Shown in pieces: positions 38,824-48,766 of a stretch of DNA of 64,000 bases. The DNA is from Bacilli bacterium (lineage in GTDB: Bacteria > Bacillota_I > Bacilli_A > RF39 > UBA660). The stretch lies in NCBI GenBank assembly GCA_017527675.1, contig JAFXPU010000022.1, forward strand, positions 36,554-100,553, read 5' to 3'. A program made the position numbers and the translations under genes. The notes under the pieces are model-generated. The model worked only from the letters and a program-made list of their open reading frames with translations, searched no databases and was not told where the DNA came from. Each line of letters starts with the position of its first letter. Position 1 is the stretch's first letter.

Positions 38824-39158
38824 CAAAATATATTCCTAAGCAGGGTGATATTGTTTACTTAGATTTTAATCCAACAAAAGGACATGAGCAAAAAGGTTCA
38901 CGTCCAGCTATTGTAATAAGTAAAGATGTCTTTAATAAACATACAAATATGGTTATATTATGTCCTATTATATCTAATACTAAAGATTTTCCAACACATT
39001 ATCATTTAGAAGATACCAAAATAATTAAAGGATCAGTTTTGTGTGAACATGTAAGAAGTATAGATTATGAAAAAAGAAATGTTAAATTAATAGAGCATGC
39101 ATCAAATAATGATTTATTAAGTGTTATAATGCTAATGAATGCTTGTGTTGAGGAGTAG
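38817..39158 (+). CDS. mazF: MazF/PemK-type endoribonuclease toxin.
   Basis: PKQGDIVYLDFNPTKGHEQKGSRPAIVIS is a typical MazF/PemK N-terminus. 113 aa. Confidence 0.8.
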   Translation: MVAKYIPKQGDIVYLDFNPTKGHEQKGSRPAIVISKDVFNKHTNMVILCPIISNTKDFPTHYHLEDTKIIKGSVLCEHVRSIDYEKRNVKLIEHASNNDLLSVIMLMNACVEE

Positions 39159-39166
39159 GTGGTAAT

Positions 39167-39499
39167 ATGGTACATAAAATGCGTTTAGTAGACTTTGCTT
39201 TTAAAGCAATTAAGAATAAAGAAAAAGATATAGAACTACGTTTAAATGATGAGAAAAGAAGATTAATTAATATTGGGGATATTATTGAATTTGAACATGT
39301 TGATACAAAAGAAATTGTTAGGGTAGAAGTAATTAATTTACATAAGTATGATACATTTGATGAATTATTTTCTAAGTTTGATCATAAAAGATTTGGTTTA
39401 AGTGATACTGATGATGCATCAATTATGAATAATTTTTATTCTAAAGAAGAACAAGATAAATATGGTGCATTAGGTATTGAAATAAAAGTAATAGATTGA
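39167..39499 (+). CDS. ASCH-domain protein.
   Basis: 110 aa beta-barrel-type pattern with K..IELR and IEIKVI elements like ASCH/YqfB proteins. Confidence 0.45.
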   Translation: MVHKMRLVDFAFKAIKNKEKDIELRLNDEKRRLINIGDIIEFEHVDTKEIVRVEVINLHKYDTFDELFSKFDHKRFGLSDTDDASIMNNFYSKEEQDKYGALGIEIKVID

Positions 39500-39506
39500 G
39501 GTAGAT

Positions 39507-39953
39507 ATGAAACAATTTCAACATTTAGGTGCATATGGTTTAATTATTAAAGAAAGTAGTATTTTATTAATAAAAAAAGTGGGTGGACCATATGATGGTA
39601 AACTTGATTTACCTGGTGGAACAATTGAATTTAGTGAAACGCCTGAGGCTACTTTAGTAAGAGAACTTAAAGAAGAAGTAGGAATAGATGTAATTAATTT
39701 TGAATTATTTGATGGCAATTCAATAACATTTGAATGGATACATAAAGATGAATTGGAAAAAGGACATCATCTTGGCTTTTTTTATTTAATAAAAGACTAT
39801 AAAGGTAATATTAAAAATGATATAAGTATAGATAATGTTAATGATGATTCTAAAGGAGCTATGTTTTATAATATTAATGAATTACATAAAAAAGATTTAT
39901 CTAATATTGCAATATTAGAAATAGAAAAGCTAGGTTATACATTAAAAGATTAG
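39507..39953 (+). CDS. NUDIX hydrolase.
   Basis: Nudix box GGTIEFSETPEATLVRELKEEVGI. Confidence 0.75.
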   Translation: MKQFQHLGAYGLIIKESSILLIKKVGGPYDGKLDLPGGTIEFSETPEATLVRELKEEVGIDVINFELFDGNSITFEWIHKDELEKGHHLGFFYLIKDYKGNIKNDISIDNVNDDSKGAMFYNINELHKKDLSNIAILEIEKLGYTLKD

Positions 39954-39963
39954 TAGGTGATTT

Positions 39964-40470
39964 ATGCTACGACATTTAAGTGACTGTATTAATGATGCAG
40001 TATATGAAATGTATCAAGATATTCCGGCATATGAAGTAGGGTCCAATAATATTATAAATGGTGTAAGTTATAATGAATTTTTAAAAATATGTCAAAGTTA
40101 TATGGAGCATGAAACAATTATTGATAAAGATATTAATACTACAACTAAAAGATACATTTTATATGTTGATGATTATCCTGTAGGCGAAGTAGGAATTAGA
40201 ACTACTTTAAATGATTTTTGGACTAATCAAGGAAGTCAAATCTTTTATAAGATTAGATTAAATTCTAGAGGAAAAGGGTATGGTAATCTTATTTTAAAAT
40301 TAGCTTTAAAAGAAACTAAAAAATTAGGTTTTAAAAAAGTTAGAATTAATTGTAATGATAATAACATTCCTTCTAAAAAAATAATTATAAAAAATGAAGG
40401 AATAGTTGATATAAAAAAATATAAAACAGATGATGGAACTAGCTCTAGCTATATTATTTATTTAAACTAA
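39964..40470 (+). CDS. GNAT family N-acetyltransferase.
   Basis: Motif A RGKGYGNLIL. Confidence 0.6.
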   Translation: MLRHLSDCINDAVYEMYQDIPAYEVGSNNIINGVSYNEFLKICQSYMEHETIIDKDINTTTKRYILYVDDYPVGEVGIRTTLNDFWTNQGSQIFYKIRLNSRGKGYGNLILKLALKETKKLGFKKVRINCNDNNIPSKKIIIKNEGIVDIKKYKTDDGTSSSYIIYLN

Positions 40471-40492
40471 AAAAAGGATTTTTAAATCCTTT

Positions 40493-41389
40493 TTATTTTT
40501 CTACAAAGTATGCATAGTATTCTTCATATGTAATATTATTTTCATATATGTATTTAGCTACATCTTTTCCAACATAACGATAGTGCCATGCTTCTGGTTG
40601 ATATCCTGTTATATATTGATTTTCATCGGTATATCTTTGAATAAAACCATATTTATAGCAATTGTTTTGCATCCATTTATATTCATCTGTATAAATGAAT
40701 TCTGTAAATGCATTTGTTAGGGAAGGGGTAGATAAGTCTACAGCTAAACCAGTATGGTGTTCAGAATATCCAGGTCTTGCTGAATATGTATCAGCACTTT
40801 CTTGACCATCTCTATTTACATAATTGTAATATAATGTTGATTGAAAACCATAATTTCTATATGAAGTTGTAATTATTAAATTCATACCATCAGCTTTAGC
40901 AGCATTATATAATTCTACATATGCATCATGGGCATCTTTAACTAAGTAACCATTACCATAACCAGACATACTAACTAAATTATCTGGTTCAAAGTTTTGA
41001 TCAACATAATGTAATTTATTAACAATAACTAAGTTTCCTTTAGAAAGATCAGTTGGTTCAACATCAACATACCAAGTTTTATCCAAACCAGAGTTAACTC
41101 TTTTAATTACTTCATCTCTACATAAACCAGGATTAGCATTATCATAGTTTTCATATCTTTCCAAATTCTTTTCTAAATAGTATTTACCATCTTCGTATTT
41201 GTTTTTTGGTTTTACTGGTTCACTAGGTTTTTCTTTTTTATTATTATTTTCTGTTTGTTCATTATTATTGGTTTTTTTAGTATCTTTTTTATCATCTTTT
41301 TTAAATAATAAAAATACAATAATAACTAATAATATTAGTAATATAAATAATAGTAGTTTTGCACTTGTTTTTAATTTTCTATTTTTCAT
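40493..41389 (-). CDS. Membrane-anchored VanY-type D-alanyl-D-alanine carboxypeptidase (peptidase M15B), copy 1.
   Basis: N-terminal TM. SYR..GFQ, SEHHTGLAVD and EAWHYRY motifs. Start at 41389 inside the 3' end of the upstream paralogue. Confidence 0.65.
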   Translation of the reverse strand: MKNRKLKTSAKLLLFILLILLVIIVFLLFKKDDKKDTKKTNNNEQTENNNKKEKPSEPVKPKNKYEDGKYYLEKNLERYENYDNANPGLCRDEVIKRVNSGLDKTWYVDVEPTDLSKGNLVIVNKLHYVDQNFEPDNLVSMSGYGNGYLVKDAHDAYVELYNAAKADGMNLIITTSYRNYGFQSTLYYNYVNRDGQESADTYSARPGYSEHHTGLAVDLSTPSLTNAFTEFIYTDEYKWMQNNCYKYGFIQRYTDENQYITGYQPEAWHYRYVGKDVAKYIYENNITYEEYYAYFVEK

Positions 41390-42359
41390 TTTCATTTTCC
41401 TCAAAGTAAGCATAATATTCATCATAAGTTATATTGTTTTCATGAATATATTTAGCTACATCCTTTCCTACATATCTATAATGCCATGATTCATAATCAA
41501 AGCCTGTTAAATATTCTTTATCTTTTGGATATCTCATTATATAACCATATTTATAAGCGTTATTAGAAAGCCATGTAAATGCTTCAGATGTATCAAATGT
41601 TTTAGTATTATATCCTGGAGTTGTAACATCAATAGCAAGTCCAGTTTGATGTTCTGAATTACCTGGATGAGCAGCTAAGGCCTCTGTTGTTTCAAGCCCA
41701 TATCTTTCAATAAAATCATCATATGTTGCTTTTTGATCTGCATAAGATCTATAAGATGAATTAATAATTATTTTAATATCTTCTTCTTTAGCAGCATTAA
41801 ACATTGATACAAATTCATCATATGCTTCTTTTCTAACAAATTGATCATCTCCATATGAATACCAATTAGATACTTTAACTAAATCATCAGGTTCATATTT
41901 ATCATCTACATGATAATGTTTATTGACCAATATTTTTAAATTTTTCTTTTGATTAGAAGCAATTTCATTAGTGTAGTAATCATCATCATTATGAGTATTA
42001 ATAATAGCAATAACATCAGTAGTAGATTTATCAGTATTTGCTTTTTGATAATCAATATATTTTTTTAAGTTTTTAGACAAGTAGTATTTTTCATTTAATA
42101 TAGGAATTAATTTATCATTTTTTTCAATTGTTAAAACATAATCTAAATCAAGATTTTCATAATCAAGTAAAGTTTTAACTTCTTCTTTGGTATAACCAAG
42201 TTGTAATAATTTATATTCATAAGTTTTATGATATTTAGCTTTTTTAATCATACTACCAATTACTAATATAGCAATTGTAACAATAATTACAACAATAATA
42301 CTAATAGCAATTTCTTTTTTATTTTTGTGGTCTTTTGGTAAATAAATTTTTTCTTCCAT
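41379..42359 (-). CDS. Membrane-anchored VanY-type DD-carboxypeptidase (peptidase M15B), copy 2.
   Basis: SSYRSYADQ, SEHQTGLAIDV and ESWHYRYVGKDVAKYI. The C-terminal ~25 aa are nearly identical to copy 1. AGGAGG RBS before the ATG at 42359. Confidence 0.65.
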   Translation of the reverse strand: MEEKIYLPKDHKNKKEIAISIIVVIIVTIAILVIGSMIKKAKYHKTYEYKLLQLGYTKEEVKTLLDYENLDLDYVLTIEKNDKLIPILNEKYYLSKNLKKYIDYQKANTDKSTTDVIAIINTHNDDDYYTNEIASNQKKNLKILVNKHYHVDDKYEPDDLVKVSNWYSYGDDQFVRKEAYDEFVSMFNAAKEEDIKIIINSSYRSYADQKATYDDFIERYGLETTEALAAHPGNSEHQTGLAIDVTTPGYNTKTFDTSEAFTWLSNNAYKYGYIMRYPKDKEYLTGFDYESWHYRYVGKDVAKYIHENNITYDEYYAYFEENENEK

Positions 42360-42456
42360 AGTTATCCTCCTAATTATTAATTTTAACATAAATAAGTAAA
42401 AAATTAAAGTTTTAATCTTTATATAAATGTGATATAATTAATATGGAGGTAGAATT

Positions 42457-43245
42457 ATGGAATTTTTAATTTTCTTATTTATTATTTTTATAGTTGTGAT
42501 TCTTTCATCTATTAAACAAGTTAATGAGTATGAAAGAGGAATTAAATTTACTCGTGGTAAATTTTCTAAAATTATGGGACCTGGTTGGAGATTAGTATTA
42601 CCCGTATTCCAATCATTTAGAAAGGTTGATATTAGAACAAAAGCTGTTGACGTACCAGAACAAGAAGCAATTACTCGTGATAACGTATCTGTAAAAATTA
42701 ATGCTGTTATCTATTATAAAATCTTTGATGCTTCTAAAGCTGTACTTGCTGTTGAAAACTTCTATTATGCAGTTTCTCAACTTGCTCAAACAACAATGCG
42801 TAATGTAGTAGGTTCTGTTACTTTAGATGAATTACTTTCAGAAAGAGAAAAATTATCTACTCAAATTTGTAATGTAATTGATCAAGCTACTGATCCATGG
42901 GGAATTAAAGTTGAAAATGTTGAGTTAAAAGATGTAGCTTTACCAGAGGAAATGAAACGTGTTATTGCTAAAGCTGCAGAAGCAGAAAGAGAAAAAGCTG
43001 CTGTTATAACTAAAGCTAAAGGTGAAGTTGAAGCTTCTGAAAACTTAGCTAAGGCAGCATATACAATGAGCCAGGTACCTGGTGCATTACATTTAAGAAC
43101 ATTATCAACTATTAATGATGTTTCATCAGATCAATCTAATACAATTATATTTGCTATTCCACTAGAAGTATTACGTGCTTTTGAAGGGGATAATGCTAAA
43201 GCTAAAAAAATTGTAGATGCTATAGTAAGTAAAGAAAGTAAATAA
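42457..43245 (+). CDS. SPFH/band-7 (stomatin/HflK-C-like) membrane protein.
   Basis: N-terminal TM plus an SPFH-like domain. Confidence 0.7.
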   Translation: MEFLIFLFIIFIVVILSSIKQVNEYERGIKFTRGKFSKIMGPGWRLVLPVFQSFRKVDIRTKAVDVPEQEAITRDNVSVKINAVIYYKIFDASKAVLAVENFYYAVSQLAQTTMRNVVGSVTLDELLSEREKLSTQICNVIDQATDPWGIKVENVELKDVALPEEMKRVIAKAAEAEREKAAVITKAKGEVEASENLAKAAYTMSQVPGALHLRTLSTINDVSSDQSNTIIFAIPLEVLRAFEGDNAKAKKIVDAIVSKESK

Positions 43246-43309
43246 TTACTTTCTTTTTAATTTTAAAAAAATATAATATGTTTTATAATAAAAGAGGTAG
43301 GTGATTAAT

Positions 43310-43693
43310 ATGGATACTAGAATTGTAGTAACGGGAATATTAAAAGATAATGATGAATTTTTAGTAGTTAAAAGAAGTTTAGATGATAATTTATATCCTG
43401 GCGCTTGGGAGTTTCCTGGAGGACATTTAGAAAATGGTGAAACTTTATATGATGGTTTAAAAAGGAAATTATATGAGGAAATTGGTTTTAATTATGATTT
43501 TAAACCAATAATAACTAATTATTCTGATGATGTTGAAAATAATATTCATAATATAGAAATAGATTTTATTATTAATGTAGATAAGCAACAAGTAAATGTT
43601 ATATTAAGTAATGAACATTGTGATTATAAATGGGTTAATAAAGATTCTAATTTATTAGATGAATATATTAAATCTAAATTAGATAATATCTAA
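43310..43693 (+). CDS. NUDIX hydrolase (MutT-like).
   Basis: Nudix box GGHLENGETLYDGLKRKLYEEIGF. ATG at 43310 with a GAGGTAGGTGA RBS. Confidence 0.7.
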   Translation: MDTRIVVTGILKDNDEFLVVKRSLDDNLYPGAWEFPGGHLENGETLYDGLKRKLYEEIGFNYDFKPIITNYSDDVENNIHNIEIDFIINVDKQQVNVILSNEHCDYKWVNKDSNLLDEYIKSKLDNI

Positions 43694-43739
43694 TTTTCAT
43701 ATTTAAAATTTAAAAACATATTAATTATTAGGTGGTTTA

Positions 43740-44888
43740 ATGAAGAAAGTTTTACTATTAATAATTAGTATGTTTTTATTTGTACCTTATGTTTATGCAG
43801 AAGAAAGTAATAAGTTGGCTCCTAATGCTAAAAGTGCTATTTTAATTGAAGCCTCAACAGGTGAAATATTGTATGAAGCAAATTCTCATGAAAAATTAGC
43901 ACCAGCATCTATGACTAAAATGATGAGTTTACTTTTAATTATGGAAAGTATTGATGCTGGGGTTATTAATCTAGATGATATGATAACAATATCAGCTAAT
44001 GCCTCTGCTATGGGAGGTTCTCAAATACTACTTGAAACTGGAGAACAAATGAGCGTTGATGATCTTTTAAAAGGTATTGCTGTTGCTTCAGGTAATGATG
44101 CCGTTGTAGCACTTGCTGAGGCAATAGGTGGAACTGAAGAAAATTTTGTAGATATGATGAATAAACGAGCTGCTGAATTAGGACTTACTGATACTAATTT
44201 TAAAAACTGTCATGGATTAGATGAGGAAAATCATTATTCGTCTGCATATGATATGGCAATTATTGCAAGAGAACTTGTTAAACATCAAAGAATATTAGAT
44301 TATTCGTCTATCTATGAAACTTATCTAAGAAAGGGTACACCAAAGGAAATATGGCTTGTGAATACTAATAAACTAGTAAGATTTAAAAGTGGCGTAGATG
44401 GATTAAAAACAGGCTATACAGATAATTCTGGTTACTGTTTAACAGCAACTATGCAAAAGAATAATATGCGTGTTATTGGTGTTTTGATGGGAGAACCAGA
44501 TAGTAATACCCGCAATAATGAAATGAGTGGGGTTTTAGATTATGCTTTTGCTCAATATAGTTTAAAAAATATCTTAAAAAAAGGTAGTGTAGTAAAAGAG
44601 ATTAAACTTAATAAATTAAAAAAAGATAAAATATCTTTAATTGCTGCTGATGATATTAACGTTATATATAAAAAGATGGATAAGGAAAAAGAATACACAC
44701 CTAAAATAAAAATTAATAAGATACCATCAAGTATTAAAAAAGGGGATATATTAGGAAAGATTGGTATGTATGATTCTAAAAATAAATTAATTAAAGAAGT
44801 TGATCTGCTTACTAATGAAGATGTAGATAAATTAGGTTTATGGCAATTATTTATAAAATATTTAAAGGAGTTTATTCTTGCAATATAA
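43740..44888 (+). CDS. dacA: D-alanyl-D-alanine carboxypeptidase (low-MW PBP, PBP5/DacA-like; peptidase S11).
   Basis: Signal peptide, SMTK (SxxK), SGN, KTG, and a C-terminal PBP5 domain. Confidence 0.75.
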   Translation: MKKVLLLIISMFLFVPYVYAEESNKLAPNAKSAILIEASTGEILYEANSHEKLAPASMTKMMSLLLIMESIDAGVINLDDMITISANASAMGGSQILLETGEQMSVDDLLKGIAVASGNDAVVALAEAIGGTEENFVDMMNKRAAELGLTDTNFKNCHGLDEENHYSSAYDMAIIARELVKHQRILDYSSIYETYLRKGTPKEIWLVNTNKLVRFKSGVDGLKTGYTDNSGYCLTATMQKNNMRVIGVLMGEPDSNTRNNEMSGVLDYAFAQYSLKNILKKGSVVKEIKLNKLKKDKISLIAADDINVIYKKMDKEKEYTPKIKINKIPSSIKKGDILGKIGMYDSKNKLIKEVDLLTNEDVDKLGLWQLFIKYLKEFILAI

Positions 44889-44890
44889 AA

Positions 44891-44907
44891 AAGTGATTTA
44901 CATCACT
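44891..44907. terminator. Bidirectional terminator hairpin AAGTGAT-TTAC-ATCACTT.
   Basis: Sits between convergent dacA and the HD gene, flanked by A-run and T-run. Confidence 0.5.
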
Positions 44908-45875
44908 TTTTCTTTTTTTAAATTTTCATTTCTTTTATAATTTGTATAAACATAATGAAAGGCATTAGAAATAGAATTAAAATTTGTTTTAATATCTTCT
45001 AAACTATCATTTATGTAATCACTTTTTTTAATATTTAGTTCAATACCCATTTTCTTTAAAAAATCAATAAGTAAATTAGTAAATGATGCTAAGAAGTATT
45101 TTCTGTTTGGCATACTATCAACATCCCCACGTCGAGTTGCTATGTCATCAAGTCTTTGTTTAGGTGATACTATTCCTTTTGCTGTAGCCATTAAATCAGC
45201 TATATTAATTAATTGATCATAGATGCTATAGGAACTAGTTAGTAATACTTCAACTAAATCATCAAATTCTTCTTCGTAGCTATAGTGTTCAAAACCATTA
45301 GCATCAACATAAAAATCATCATTAGCTTTTTCATTATTACAATATCTTCCACCATTAATGAATGAATGACTGAGACAGGATTTTGCTAAATCATCCAGAC
45401 CCATATCATGAAGTTTTTCAAAACCAACTATAACATGATCAAATTTGTGTGTATATTTTCTCCCATAATCATGTAATAAGCCATAGTTAAAGGCAAAGGT
45501 TTCATTAACTTTTAAAAAATGAGCTAATTCTTTTGCTAAAATAGCTTCATATATAGAATGACTAATAAAACTACTAGCATTGTGTCCATCAACTATTTTA
45601 TTACCTAAATTTTTACCATTTAAAATTAAATATTCAGCTGTTTCCAATATTAATTCTTTGTAATCATTATTGTATTTTTGTGTTATTAAATAGGCATCTT
45701 CAATTGTTATATTTATTTTTTCTGCTAAAGCCTTACATAAATTATCAAGATTTTCTTTATCTAAATTGTGAATAAGTATCAAAAAAGCATCTTCATTTTT
45801 GATATTACTAGTAATCTCAGTATTATTTAAAACTTGTTTAGCACTTTCTTTATATTTTTCATTTGAAAACTTCAT
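44898..45875 (-). CDS. HD-domain metal-dependent phosphohydrolase family protein.
   Basis: His and LLHDYGR (HD) motifs. Confidence 0.5.
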   Translation of the reverse strand: MKFSNEKYKESAKQVLNNTEITSNIKNEDAFLILIHNLDKENLDNLCKALAEKINITIEDAYLITQKYNNDYKELILETAEYLILNGKNLGNKIVDGHNASSFISHSIYEAILAKELAHFLKVNETFAFNYGLLHDYGRKYTHKFDHVIVGFEKLHDMGLDDLAKSCLSHSFINGGRYCNNEKANDDFYVDANGFEHYSYEEEFDDLVEVLLTSSYSIYDQLINIADLMATAKGIVSPKQRLDDIATRRGDVDSMPNRKYFLASFTNLLIDFLKKMGIELNIKKSDYINDSLEDIKTNFNSISNAFHYVYTNYKRNENLKKEKVM

Positions 45876-46104
45876 ATTATCATCTCTAAAAAGATTATAA
45901 CATATTTTAATTAATTATTGACAAATAAAAAAATATCATTATAATATTTCTTAAGTGAGGAGATGTAAGATTTAATCAAGCCATCTCGGGTTATGCCTAC
46001 ACGTAATTAAGTACGGAGTCACTTTTTAGTGATTTGCGTGCTTTTTTTATACTTTTTGACCGGTCACTAAATATTTAATAAATTAATAGAAGGGAAGTGA
46101 TTAT

Positions 46105-47082
46105 ATGGCTATTATTGAAGTTAAAAAATTATCTAAAACTTTCAAAGTAAAGTTAAAAGAAAAGGGATTAATTGGTAGTTTAAAAGCCATTATTAAACCA
46201 AAGTATAAAAAAGTTGAAGCTGTTAAAAATATTAGTTTTGAAATTGAAAAAGGTGAAGTAGTTGCTTTTATTGGACCTAATGGGGCTGGTAAATCAACAA
46301 CTATTAAAATGATGACTAGTATTTTATATCCTGATAAAGGAAGTATTAATATTATGGGTTTAGATCCAACTAAGGATAGAAAAAAATTAGCATATCAAAT
46401 AGGTACGGTATTTGGGCAAAAAGAACAATTATGGACACATTTAACACCTTATGATAATTTTAAATTCTTTGGTGCTATTTATGATATTAATCCTAGTGTG
46501 ATTGAAAAGAAAATTGATGAATTTAGAGAATTATTTGAATTAGATGAATTTATTAATACGCCAGTTCGTAACTTATCTTTAGGTCAAAGAATTAGATGTG
46601 AAATAGTAGCTTCATTAATTCATGAACCTAAAATATTATTTTTGGATGAACCAACTATTGGACTTGACCCAGTAGTAAAAGAAAATATTCGTACTTTAAT
46701 TAAAAGAATGAATAAGGAATATAAAACAACTATATTTTTAACTTCTCATGATGTATCTGATATTGAAAAATTATGTAAAAGAGTAATCATTATAAACAAT
46801 GGTCAAGTTGTTTTGGATGATTCAATGGAAAACTTGAAATATCATTATTTAAATAAAAAATTAGTAGATGCTAAAATGAAAGAAAAGATTAATTTAGATG
46901 ATGAAGAGGGTATTACTATTTTAAAAGATAAAGGATATAATTTAAAACTTGAAGTAGATATTACTAAAAGAAGTGTTGCTGATGCTATTAAGTTATTAGA
47001 TCCAGATAAGATAATTGATATTAATATTTCTAATGTTCCACTTGAAGATATTATTAGTAATATTTATAAAAATAAGGAATAA
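46105..47082 (+). CDS. ABC transporter ATP-binding protein (ABC-2 type exporter).
   Basis: Walker A GPNGAGKST, signature LSLGQRIR, Walker B LFLDEPT. Confidence 0.8.
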   Translation: MAIIEVKKLSKTFKVKLKEKGLIGSLKAIIKPKYKKVEAVKNISFEIEKGEVVAFIGPNGAGKSTTIKMMTSILYPDKGSINIMGLDPTKDRKKLAYQIGTVFGQKEQLWTHLTPYDNFKFFGAIYDINPSVIEKKIDEFRELFELDEFINTPVRNLSLGQRIRCEIVASLIHEPKILFLDEPTIGLDPVVKENIRTLIKRMNKEYKTTIFLTSHDVSDIEKLCKRVIIINNGQVVLDDSMENLKYHYLNKKLVDAKMKEKINLDDEEGITILKDKGYNLKLEVDITKRSVADAIKLLDPDKIIDINISNVPLEDIISNIYKNKE

Positions 47083-47084
47083 TT

Positions 47085-47876
47085 ATGAAGAAATATTTAT
47101 TTATTGCTAAATCTCAGATAATGAGTAATATGCAGTATATTACGAATATCTTTGGTGGTTTTATTGGTTTTACTTTAATATTAATTATTTTGTTTAATCT
47201 ATATCAATATCTTTATAGTGATCCTAATGAATTAATTAATGGCTATAGTATGCATCAAATGATTTGGTATGTTATTATCACAGAATTATTATGGTCTATT
47301 TTAGGTGGCTCTAAGATGTCTAAAAAGATTGCTAATGATGTTAAAAGTGGTAATATAACTTATAACATTAATAAACCATATAGTTATGTTGGATATTGTT
47401 TAGCTAGTAATATAGGTGATTTATTTTTAAAATTTATCTTTTATACTATTTTTGGTATGGTTTTGGGAATTTTCTTTGTTGGACATTTTCCCAATCTAAA
47501 TATTATTAGTGCTCTTATTGTCATAGTTATATCTTTCTTAGCATTAGTAATTAGTATTTTATTTATTACATCAATTGGTCTAGTATCTTTCTTCATTGAA
47601 GATGCCTCACCACTATATTGGTTATATTCTAAATTTATCTTGGTTTTGGGAACTATTTTTCCAATTGAATTCTTCCCGGTATTTATGCAAAAGATATTAA
47701 TATTTAGTCCAATATATGTAGTTAGTTATGGACCAGCTCGTCTATTTGTAAATTTTAATTATGTAGATGCTATAAACATATTCTGTGCTCAAGTAATATA
47801 TATTTTTGCATGTTATGCTTTATGTAGTTTTATCTACGGGAAAGGGGTGAAGAGGATCAATGTTAATGGCGGCTAA
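47085..47876 (+). CDS. ABC-2 family permease.
   Basis: Six TM helices, adjacent to the ATPase. Confidence 0.6.
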   Translation: MKKYLFIAKSQIMSNMQYITNIFGGFIGFTLILIILFNLYQYLYSDPNELINGYSMHQMIWYVIITELLWSILGGSKMSKKIANDVKSGNITYNINKPYSYVGYCLASNIGDLFLKFIFYTIFGMVLGIFFVGHFPNLNIISALIVIVISFLALVISILFITSIGLVSFFIEDASPLYWLYSKFILVLGTIFPIEFFPVFMQKILIFSPIYVVSYGPARLFVNFNYVDAINIFCAQVIYIFACYALCSFIYGKGVKRINVNGG

Positions 47877-48654
47877 AAATCAAATTAAAGTTGTATTAAT
47901 GTCTTATAAATATTCATTTATGCGTGAAATGTTAAATAAGACATCATTTATATCAGGTATTGTTTTCATGATGTTAAATAATGCATGTATGGTTGGTCAA
48001 TGGATTGTCCTATTCACTTTAAAAGCTGATTTTGGCGGATATGGATTTAGAGAAATTATCTTATTATGGGGTTTTGCAGCTGGTACCTATGGAGTTGCTC
48101 ATGCGTTCTTTGCTCAAGCTTTCCACCTTTCTGATTTGATTGTAAATGGTAAATTAGATGCTTATTTAGTTCAACCTAAAAACATTTTAATAAGTGTAAT
48201 TACGTCTGCTATTATTCCTCATGCTTTGGGGGATATAATATTTGCTTATGTAGCATGTTTTATATATAGTTTTAATATTAAGGTATTTTTATTATTTACT
48301 TTACTTATTATTACAGGTGGACTAATATTGACAAGTTTAGCAGCAATTTTAAATAGTTTAAGTTTCTGGTTAAAAAACTCTGATATAATCGCGGATACTG
48401 GTGTATCAGCAGTAATCTTCTTTGCTACTTATCCAGATGGAATATTCCATGGTTTAACAAAGTGGATTTTATTTACCATTATACCGGTTGGTATAGCAAA
48501 CTATATTCCAGTTAGATCTATAATAAATTGTGATTATAGTTTAATTTTATTTAACATTCTTGCTTGTATATTATTTATTGCTTTTGCTTTTATAATTTTT
48601 TATAGAGGTTTAAAAAGATATGCTTCTGGAAACTTGATGAGTGCCAGAGTATAA
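47860..48654 (+). CDS. ABC-2 family permease, second subunit.
   Basis: Polytopic membrane protein in the same operon. Confidence 0.6.
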   Translation: MLMAAKNQIKVVLMSYKYSFMREMLNKTSFISGIVFMMLNNACMVGQWIVLFTLKADFGGYGFREIILLWGFAAGTYGVAHAFFAQAFHLSDLIVNGKLDAYLVQPKNILISVITSAIIPHALGDIIFAYVACFIYSFNIKVFLLFTLLIITGGLILTSLAAILNSLSFWLKNSDIIADTGVSAVIFFATYPDGIFHGLTKWILFTIIPVGIANYIPVRSIINCDYSLILFNILACILFIAFAFIIFYRGLKRYASGNLMSARV

Positions 48655-48766
48655 AATAATTTATTGAAATAGTAAAAAGTATTGAAAGTTGGCTTAAATT
48701 GCCAACTTTTTTAATTGATTATATTAACTAATTATGATAAAATTATATTAGTTATGGGGTGATTTT

